Shown: one piece after another, positions 1 through 10,900 of the stretch
How the letters are laid out: each line of letters opens with the position of its first letter
Position numbering within the stretch: position 1 is the first letter of the stretch
Assembly (NCBI GenBank): GCA_012295275.1
Contig: CM022679.1
Location: 20,212,001 to 20,276,000 of the forward strand
Direction: 5' to 3'
Source: Chrysomallon squamiferum
Lineage: Eukaryota; Animalia; Mollusca
DNA length: 64,000 nucleotides
Translations under genes and position numbers: made by a program
Notes under the pieces: model-generated
Told to the model about the DNA's origin: nothing
The model's database searches: none
The model's input: the letters and a program-made list of their open reading frames with translations, nothing else

Positions 1-132
1 ACTCTTGTAAATAAAAACTTTGATATCATGGATGTGATAATACTAGGTTTCATTGTTATTAGCTGGTAACTGAATATAAGTGACAACTTTTGAAAATAAA
101 TAAATAAATAAATAACATTTTTTATAAATTAA

Positions 133-203
133 AATCGTTTGCCCAACGTACACTGTTTTTGTTACTAATCTAGGATTTTCAGATTTCTTTATGGGTTTGT
201 ATA
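133..203 (+). repeat. 71-bp copy of GRL101-like coding sequence 10144-10214
   Basis: 70 of 71 bases identical by direct comparison. Confidence 0.95.
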
Positions 204-442
204 AAAGTTGTATTGTGAGCAGATAATAGAAGAAAGTATGCAATAATCTACTAATTTAGACCTGTTATAACAATTTCTAATTTAGAAGATCAAACATATT
301 ATCAGATATATTTCCATAACTGAATTTGACTCTAAAAACTAGCTACAGAGAGTAGAATTTACAATGGATATATCATATAGGAATCTTACAGCAAAATTAC
401 GCTATACGACACAGTGCAAGTACCAATTTACCCTAACCACCT

Positions 443-472
443 AGGCACGTTGCGAGAGTGCAACGTCCTTGT
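443..472 (+). mobile_element. Hairpin + CTTGT, possible Helitron-type 3' terminus
   Basis: AGG(C)ACGTTGC-gagagt-GCAACGTCCT stem-loop ending in CTTGT, preceded by ACCCTAACC. Confidence 0.3.
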
Positions 473-883
473 ATAAAGCTATTAATTCAATAAATAAAGA
501 CGGTGTTTTGGATTTTTGTTAAGAATTCAATATGTGTTGTTTATAAGACCTGAGTAAAATATTCAAATATGAATACAAAAACAACTGAATGATTACTGCT
601 AGAAACTTGACAAAAGGTAGCTGACAAACGTATCTTTCTCCATACTAGATCTGAAAAAAGAAAGAAAAGCGAAACAAAAATTAACACTGTCCATGCCTAG
701 CAACCTTTATGTTCATCACTGATCTGGAGATATTTATTTCTTTTAAAAAACAAAAAAACAACAACAACAACAACACATCAACAACAAAACAACTGACAAA
801 GTATCTTTTTCACTGGTATGTGAAATTCACTATTGTCAAGCTTGAATCGTTTTAAACAATAGACCAGCTACAACTGATGTGTT

Positions 884-922
884 TATATAAAACGGCTTGG
901 CTGTGATGACGTGACAGTCAGT
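884..922 (+). promoter_or_regulatory. Candidate TATA + initiator of the GRL101-like gene
   Basis: TATATAAAA at 884-892 with CAGT/TCAGT about 30 nt downstream, ~170 bp upstream of the proposed ATG. Confidence 0.45.
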
Positions 923-1058
923 GAGTAGCTATGAAAATGAGTGAGGTCTGTGAGTTCGCAAGCCAAGTAAACCTCGTCCTGGCTTGTATGGTTAATTCCT
1001 GAAACCTAAGGTTAATTAAATCAATTATGTATTTTACAGGCCGCGCGTGTGGATTATA

Positions 1059-4000
1059 ATGGCTGTAACAAATGTGCGTCTACAAGGTGAGTGAAAAATT
1101 ATTAATTATGAGATATTTTGAATATAATGTTGGTAAGAAACGATTTTTGTACAAAATTAGTGTACTTTTGATGAAGGTACCCACACACTGTATAAATATA
1201 TTATATATTATAATTATTATTATTATTGTTGTTGTTCTTGTTGTTGTAATTATTATTGATATTGTTTATGTCGAACTATATTACCTTGATAACGAATGTT
1301 AAAATGAATGCCTAAAACATGAATAAAAAATAATTAAATAGCTTTTAATTACATATATATATATTCACTCATTAGTTACTTTATATAACTCCCTTTCCAT
1401 CTGTTTGTCCATCTGTCGTTGTGTTCTGATCTCACCGAGGGTGAAACCTCTGTACGTTTTATGTGCAACCAAGTGCTGTTTAGAATTATTAAATCATTTA
1501 TGTTGTTTATTTTGAAAACATAAAATAAATAAAATCCGACTTTTAATCGTAACCGCGGTTTCGTAGTCATCGCTATCAAACTGATTAAATGATTTTCACT
1601 TGACAATACCGGTATAAACGGATAATTAACACGAGTTGTAATAAATAAAACTGATATTTGATGTCATAACTTAAAACAAAAACATAGCTCACTGGTAATG
1701 ATGAAACACAAATGGCGTACAATGACTAAAAGACGAAAATAATAAAGATTCTAAATTTTTATTTGTTTATTTATTTGTGAAAACAGTGATATTAAGTTTA
1801 TACATTAATGTCTGTTAACACCATCTAGTCTTATATAAAATGTATCGTCATTTCACCCATGTTAAAATTGAATTTACAGCGATTTCGCTCATCTCTCTCT
1901 CTGTTTTACTCAAAAGCTACTAAATATTTTTCAGACAGCCTGAAAGAGATACTAATTACATGTGTCCTTATTTTCCTGACTATTGAAGAAACGCGAGAAC
2001 TGGAAAGTAAGTTTTACGTTCAGTAACTATTTTTATTTTCTATATTTTTATTTTACAAATTTACAGTAAGTATAAAAGACATATAATGAGAGTTTCTTCC
2101 GTAATGAATGCAGCTATGTTTGTCTGTGTGTCTGTCTGTATACATGAACGTATATCCTTTGATCTAGCTATATAAAACGGCTTGGTTGTCATGGAAAGAT
2201 CCTTATATGCCGATGGCTATCAGTGTTTGTTATTTCAAAATACGATCACTTGAACTGAAATAAATAGTTTGTCCATCTGTCCCGGTTATTGTGGATTTGT
2301 GACAGGTGAGAAATGTATTAAGGTATAAGCGAAATTTGTAAGAAATGTGACACTAAGCAGCTATAATGGTTTCATCATCATCATCATCATCATCATCACC
2401 GTTATTACTAGCACACACATACACACATTTATTTATTTGCAACAATTCCATTACGTTTTGTAAATTTCACATTTGTTTTGAAAGGTGTGGTGTTATTTCA
2501 GCTTTCTTGATGACATTTCGTTTTCGGCTGAAATTAGATGAAAATCCTACATTTTTCCTTGGTGATCTAGTTACCGTGCATTCAGAGATAATGTTTGTTC
2601 AGTACCAAACCCCTATTTCGTAAATTTAATAAGGTGGGTCTAATCGATTTCTTCTGTGTCATTGTTTTGTTGTTCACGTTATTTTAAAAAAGTAGACCAT
2701 ATATTCACAGAAGATGCTTTTCTTGTAAATGAATCTTATTTTAATTGAGACAGTGTTTATGTTTTTAATCAAATGTCCTCATTTTCACTACTGGTCGAAT
2801 TATCCACAGGAATAAGAAAACCAAAACTGCTAGTCTGTTAGACTACAGCAAGAAAGACCGTAGAGTCTATTCAGACAAATTGGCTTTCACGAAAATTCAT
2901 TATGTAACATAATTTTCAAATAATTCAACATTTGACACGACCTATTATTTATTTTTTTAACCTCCAAATTAAAAGTAACTTATTTAATATTATCTTTAAT
3001 ACAGCATGCAGTGTCCTGATATAACAACAAATCATTACAGTTTGAAAACGTCTTCTGTGTAAAAAATACATTAAAATAAAAGTACTGCTGTCTAGTATGC
3101 GATTCCGTCACGCCTGCAGATATGAACTGGATAGTCCTAATTGTTAATATTTGTGAGTGTTTCTGTTTCTACACATCTGTTTACAAAGATCAAAGAGTAT
3201 TTCAGCCTCTATCAGTTCGTTAATTAGATATTTACTTGAATGATTACACCGGCTTTAAAATGTTTTGTTTTATCGTGTGTTATATATAAATTGAAACTTC
3301 AATGTTGAAAGTTTTGGTCTCTCATAATACATGTTGTTAATAAATATAAATTATACTTATTTCATGACATGCATTTTAATATTTATTAGAGAAGGAAGCT
3401 GCTATCGCCACTCGACTTAATACCATTATAGATTAGCAGAAAGCTATCTTTTCTGTTTTCCTTCCCATTGTGTGGAAAGTAGATAGATTCGACGGCCTGT
3501 GAAAGTTGAGTCTCGGATAACTGGGTGCAGTGGAAATAGCCCAATCAACACCATGTGGAAGATCGATTTTGTTCGTCCCCTAAAACTCTGCTACATTCGG
3601 TTTAGTTTTTTTAAATTATTATTCTGAGACCATTGTTGTTGTTTTTCTCCAGACTGTGATCCGGGATGGCTATACTTCCAGAACAACTGTTATAAGCTGC
3701 GACTACCAGACAAACATGAAACAGAAACTAATGCTCGTGGATCTAACGGGATGAAATGGTTTACTGCCAAAACTCTGTGTCATAACAACGACAGCAACCT
3801 CGTCAGTATTAATTCTTTAGAGGAGGAAATGTTTATCGAAATGAACATCATCAAGGTCTTCAAAATGGAACATACATATTTACTTACATCAAACCATGCT
3901 GTCTTTATACATATAGGTTTGCTTTGTTATAATAAATACGATAGATTAAACTTATATTCTGATTTAGGTAAATTGCAAAATGTGCATCGTAGATTAGTTT

Positions 4001-5432
4001 ATAAGTAAAGAGCACTTTCTGTATAATTAACAATTTGCATAGAAAGAACTTCACAGAGGTCTATTCTCATTGAAATAAATCGTTATGTAAATAATTCCAA
4101 TACGTACTAAATAAGAAAATTTGTGATGCGTATTTAAAGCTAATAACAACAACGGAAAAAGAAACCAAAACATATGTTACATATGAAATTCTTTAATGTC
4201 TTGATTTTATAAATCGGGTTGTTTACTATGTTTTGTGAAATTTCAAATATAATGTATCAAAGGTTTGAAATACTTGGAAATTTTGTTTTGCGTTTTTCCT
4301 AATAGGACTGAAAAGAGCTGGCAAAAAAAGTCCGAAAATATATCAAGGGACTTTTCTGTGGGACAGCGGAGAGCCGATGGTGTTTGTGAACTGGTAAGCG
4401 CCTACCATAATCCTTGATACTGCTGATATAAAACTTGAAAGTGCGGTTAAAAAACATGGATAAATAGCAGACTATTAACCAGCTGGACTAAATCGTTCTC
4501 TCGCATTTTTTCTTTTCTTTCCTTCTTTCTTTATCTTTTTTTTTTTTTTTGGTCTCTCTCTCTTCATAAGAGCTGCGGATATCAATTTTATCACATTAGT
4601 GTCAGCCAGACAGTGATCTATATTAGCAAAAGACACGTCAACTGTTTTCCTGTCTGTGTGAGATCACTTTCAGTCGACATGAAATAAAAAGTTTAGGGTT
4701 AAATAAATGCTAGTTTAAATTGTTTATCATTTTAATTTTTGTCCCTGGAATCACTACAATTACGTCAGTTGTTTATCAACTTTGAAATTGGCGATGAGAT
4801 CGAAAGATTTATTAATCACAGGATTGCCAGTATATGAAAAATAATATTTACAGAATTACATGAAACGTTTTTGAACATACATGGATTCATTTGTATTATT
4901 TATTTATTTATTTATTTATTTTTATTATTATTATTATTATTATTATGATAAATCTGTAATAACCGATAGTCTTGAAATTAATATCGCTTCTGAAGTCTTG
5001 GATCCGCAAATATGTCTTAAAGAGACGATATTTTGTATTTTACTTATTACCTGAGGAATCTAGAAAATATTTCTGCTGTCAATAAATTTAAATGTTTTTC
5101 AGGGACAACAAAGAGATGTGTACGAATTCCACTCAGCCAGATGGCGTGAAAATTGAAAACTGCGTATCATGGAAGGTAACTCGAAACACGCGATGTGGCT
5201 GGCACGATGTTGGCTGTGGAGATCCTATAGGGAGTGCCTACATATGTGAAAAACAGTCTAACAACGTCATTGTACATGATGGTATTAATTGTAAGCGTTA
5301 CATCATCAAACATACATAATACAAGATAGATAAAAATGTAGCTGACAAACCGAAAAACAAAACAAAACAAACAAACACAAGAAACCCAAATCAAACCAAA
5401 ATAAAATAAAACAAAACAAAACAAAACAAAAC

Positions 5433-5484
<52 letters not shown>

Positions 5485-5487
5485 TAA

Positions 5488-5520
<33 letters not shown>

Positions 5521-6184
5521 GTAATAAGAGTAAAATTATATATTAATTTAAGAATATGGTCTAACTCATCAAAATAAATATAAGTTTATGTTTTTATTTT
5601 TCCTTTTTAGTGACTCCGAAGTTACAAAGAGCCGTTTCATTGGATGTGACATGGTCCAAGCTGGCGACAACTTTCATGTGTGAAAACGAGGAATACATAT
5701 CATCTTCGTTTGTGTGTGATAACATAAAACATTGCCAAGATGGGAGTGATGAAGTTAACTGTGGTATGTGCTGCTGGATTGTTTTAAACCACGTTTTGAT
5801 CTTTGCAAAATGCTTATCATACAAACAGATGTATAGAAATAACTTAACACACAATACACAAGTGACTCATACACTCACGTACATATAGGTTTGCTTTATA
5901 AATACGATAGATTAAACTTATATTCTGATATAGGTAAATTGCAAAAAATGTGCATCGTAGATTAGTAAAGAGCAGTTTCTGTATAATTAACAATTTGCAT
6001 AGAATAAACTTCACAGAAGTCTATTCTCATTAAAATAATACACACTCACCCAGTCTCACTCACACACATAGATAGAAACTCACATACATACATACACACT
6101 GACATTTAAGATTATCCCATTAGCACCTTGAATTGAGACCGAATCGCGTAGTAGAAAGATGTATTTTTATTTGTTTCTTCTTTA

Positions 6185-6222
<38 letters not shown>

Positions 6223-7867
6223 TTACATGAAAAGACATTTTTAAACTGCTACTATCTAAAGACTGGCTAAACAAATAAAATATATCATGAAAGTATGCGA
6301 AATATAATTAGACTATTATTTCTATCACCAAAAATATTCTTCAGTCGTGTGAATCTTTTCTACGTTTTGCTTGCAATTTGAATATTGGTATTGTTATTGC
6401 GAAGATCTGCAGTTGGAAAGTAATAAATTTACAGTATAGGAAAACAATGTGATATTTATAAAAATTATCAAAATCATACTGCATTAAAATAATGTTAAAC
6501 AAGTTTCTTTTAATAGGGAATAGTTTTATTTTGAAGGTAAAGGATGCGACTGGAGTCAGTATGAATGTGCAAATGGAAACTGTATTTCATTGAATTTCTA
6601 CTGTGATTTCAGAGACGACTGTGGAGATAACTCGGACGAAAAAGATTGTGGTGAGCTGTATATTTAAAATTTGTTTGTTAGTTTGTTTACAGTTTAGGTA
6701 ATGAGCGTCGTATACATTTATTTTATACCTGGTGTTGTCTGATTTGTTTTAATTGTGCCATTCAAAGCAAATATGCTACAGGCTGATTACTTTAAGGTTT
6801 CATTTCTTTTCTTTTCACTAAAGTTCGAGAAGATTGTCCAATCTCGATGTTTCAGTGTGAAAACAAACAATGTCTGCCAATGTCAGCTCGGTGTAATTTA
6901 CAAGAAGACTGTGTTGATAAAACAGACGAAGCAGACTGTGGTAAGTAAATCCTTGTTCTAACCCTTATTTTTAATCCTTGTTATAACCCTTATTTATAAT
7001 CCTTAATATAACTATCATTTATAATCCTTGTTATAACTATCATTTATAATCCTTGTTATAACCCTTATTTATAATCCTTGTTATAACCCTTATGTATAAT
7101 CCTCGGTATAACCCTTATTTATAATCCTTGCTATAACCCTTATTTATAATCCTTGTTATAACCCTTATTTATAATCCTTGTTATAATTGTCATTTATAAT
7201 CCTTGTTATAACTATCATTTATAATCCTTGTTATAACTATGATTTATAATCCTTGTTATAACTGATTTATAATCCTTGTTATAACTATCATTTATAATCC
7301 TTGTTAAACACGTTTTTTTATAATCCTTGTTATTTAACACGACGTATCATTTATAATCCTTGTTATAGCTATCATTTATAAAATCCACAACGATAACAAC
7401 AACAACTACTCCTACTACTAATATCACCATTACTAGAACTACCGTTCATACTGTTACTACTATTACTATTCTCACTACTCTACTACTTATTTTTCAATTA
7501 TATACTAGTACTAATAATAAATATGATGACTGTTATAATAATAATGATGACCATTATGATGACAATAATGACATTGATGACAATAATTGTATTTAAGTTA
7601 TTATTATTATTATTGTTATTGTTATTATTATTGTTCTTGTTATTATTACCATTGTTATTATTATTGTTATTATTATTATTATTACTATTATTATTATTGT
7701 CATTATTTCAGACAGCTGTCAAGGGTTTTTGTGCTATGATGGGACATGTATAGCAGACGAGTGGAGGTGTGATGGGTGGGTCGACTGTGCGGGTCAGATT
7801 AGCTATGAAGACGAGAATGTAGCTTTGGCTTGTCCCAATGGATCCCATGTCATCCAGCTGGAACGTA

Positions 7868-7923
<56 letters not shown>

Positions 7924-10900
7924 ATGGATGACCTGAACGTTTAATATATATATTTTAGTTGAAAATGCCAGACACACACACACACACACACACACACTGT
8001 TTACAAAATATACAATAAACACATCAAGATATAAATGAAATTTCACATACTTAGTTTTAGTCTTTTGTCCAGATTCAACGAACGATAATTCTCGAAACTT
8101 CTGCTACATTTATTATTATTAAAGTACGTTGTCTTTCAGAATCGGAGTATAGATGCCATCTGATACCAGATAGATACGGGAAATTCCTTGGGCCCAGGAA
8201 CATGACACATCTTCATAACTGTGGTGAAATTTTTAAGTAGCTCTATACCTTACATATTTAGGATTTTAATTTTAATTTATATAATTTTCCATATTAAAGC
8301 GTTTGTAACTTCAAAGTTTACTTGTTTGGGTTTTTTGTTGTTTTTTTGTTTTTGTTTTTTTGTTTTTCAAATATGCTCTCATTAAATTTATTGTGAAACA
8401 TCTTAGATAATTATGAATTATAATATTTACAATAAAAGCTTTAATACTCTTATTAACAGACTATAAATTTGTTTATTTTGAAAAAGGCTCCCCTCGAAAT
8501 ATCTGTAATTATAAATGTTTCCAATGTTTCCTAAATATTTAATTTTTTAATCATAGTCATCATCCTGTTTCTTCTTTTCTTTACAGACAAATATCCATGC
8601 AGATCAGAATTCTTCCGCTGTTCTGTCGATGGATACTGTATCTCACCTCAGCTGGTTTGTAACGGAGTGCAAGACTGCCCAACCAAGAGTGACGAACTGA
8701 ATTGCGGTGATAGTTATTATTATACTATTTTTTGATCTGGCGTTTTCTCTCTTTCTTTTTTTCTTCTCTTCATTTCTTTCTTTTTATATTTTCTTTTTAA
8801 ATTTTTGGTTCCCTTTCCCCATTTATTTCCTTGCATGAAAAATATATAAAAAGAAGAAGAAGAAAAATAAAAGAGTATGCTTTTTCTCTGTATTATATTT
8901 TATCGTTTGGTTTAGAAATAAAATATCACACTGAAATATAAATGTTTATTTAAATTAATTATTATTAGTTTACACCACCACAGCAAAACTTTTAATATCG
9001 CACAGGTACCTCTTCTATCTTTAACGAGTAATCTATTTATTATATTTCATTACATACTGATCCCTGTGTGAAACAATCCTTCATGTCGTGTTTTATTTTC
9101 ATTTATGAATAAACAGCACGCATATTATAATTGAGAACAGAATGAAGATTTAGTAAACACTAAATGGTACTTCACTGGATTTTATTCTCAGGTAACTTTA
9201 CCTGTCCTGGTTACTTCAGATGTTCAACTGCGAAAACCTGTTTACAGATAGAAAGAGTGTGTGATGATGTCAAAGACTGTCTCTACGGAGACGATGAATT
9301 CTATTGTGACCATGACCAACACTGCCCACCTGGCTGTTTTTGTTTTGGCAGAATTGTTGACTGCAGTGACATTCAGTTTGACGGAAACTGGACAGATTTT
9401 CATCACGACATTAGAAAACTGGATCTCAGTGGATCCAAGTTGGATTCATTGCCTGAAAATTATTTTATGAATGAAAATCATAAGTTTAACGTTTTGGGTA
9501 GTCTGCTTCTTCAAAGCACTAACCTTAAAAAAGTGCCACGTCTTTTTAAAATGGCTAATCTTTATTTGTTAGATCTCAGTCACAATAACATTACCAAACT
9601 GAGTAACGGAACGTTTAGTGGTTTACGGAATCTAAATTATCTGAAGCTTGGCAACAATCCATTGTTAAAATTCATCGACAAGGACTGTTTTACAAGTCTT
9701 TCAAAATTAATCTATTTGGATCTGTCAAATACTGCACTAAGATTTCTGAAAAAGAAGATGTTTGAAAATCTGAACAATTTAAATGTTCTTAATGTCTCAG
9801 GCAGCCTAATAACGTCGGTAGAAGATGATACATTTTTCAGCCTGAGCAGACTCGAAGTTTTGGACATTTCAAATAATCCCATTGAAATTTTTCACAGTGA
9901 TATGTTTCATGGTTTGGAAAGCATTGAAAAATTGTACTCTCCATCTTACAAGTTCTGCTGCAGTGCCTTGTGGGCCAGGTACAAACTGGAAAGCGACGAC
10001 TGCTTTTCTCTAGAAGATTCAATCTCTTCATGCGATGACCTCATGCAACGAAGCGTCCTTCGTGTGTTTATGTGGATCCTCGGTTTCAGTGCCTTGATAG
10101 GAAACACGATCGTCATCAGTTATCAACTGTTTTTCAAGAAGGGAATCGTTTGCCCAACTTACACTGTTTTTGTTACTAATCTAGGATTTTCAGATTTCTT
10201 TATGGGTTTGTATATGATAATTATATCGTCTGCTGATGCTAAGTATAGAGGAACTTATCTATGGCATGAACTTGAATGGAGGAACAGTTTGTGGTGTAAA
10301 ATTGCTGGTTTTCTCGCCACTCTATCAAGCGAGGCATCCATTGTTTTTGTATGTCTGATAACTACAGATCGCTTCCTTGTCATACGATTTCCATTTCGAC
10401 AAATAACGTTTCGCCGGCGTTCCGCTACTATAACAGTCATCCTCGTCTGGATTGTTTCAGTAGTTATATCTGCCATTCCGTTAATACCGCCAATGGACGA
10501 GTGGGCTCTGTTTGGTCAAAATGGCGTTTGTTTAGCACTTCCGTTGTCTGCAGAAAAGCGACCAGGATGGCAATTTTCTACGTCCATCTTCATCGGATTT
10601 AATTTTTTAGCGTTTCTGTTCATAGCAGCCGGACAGTTGGGAATATATAAATCTATGATGAGTACAACAGTGATACGCGATAAAGTCAGATCATCTCAGG
10701 AAATCAAAGTAGCTAAGAGACTTTCTCTTATAGTGCTAACAGATTTTCTTTGCTGGTTTCCCGTTTGTGTAATGGGTAAGTTTACTATGCAATTTAAAAC
10801 ACTGTCTGTAACATGTATATAATACACATACATGACTTATTTTAACATTGACGCAAGTATTAGGTTTCATAAAAAAGACAAATAAAATATCTGTGTTTAT

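Noticed and set aside
9164-9191. ATG at 9164 as the receptor start
   Set aside because: It lies in the intron ahead of a clear acceptor at 9191; upstream LDLa exons splice in frame.
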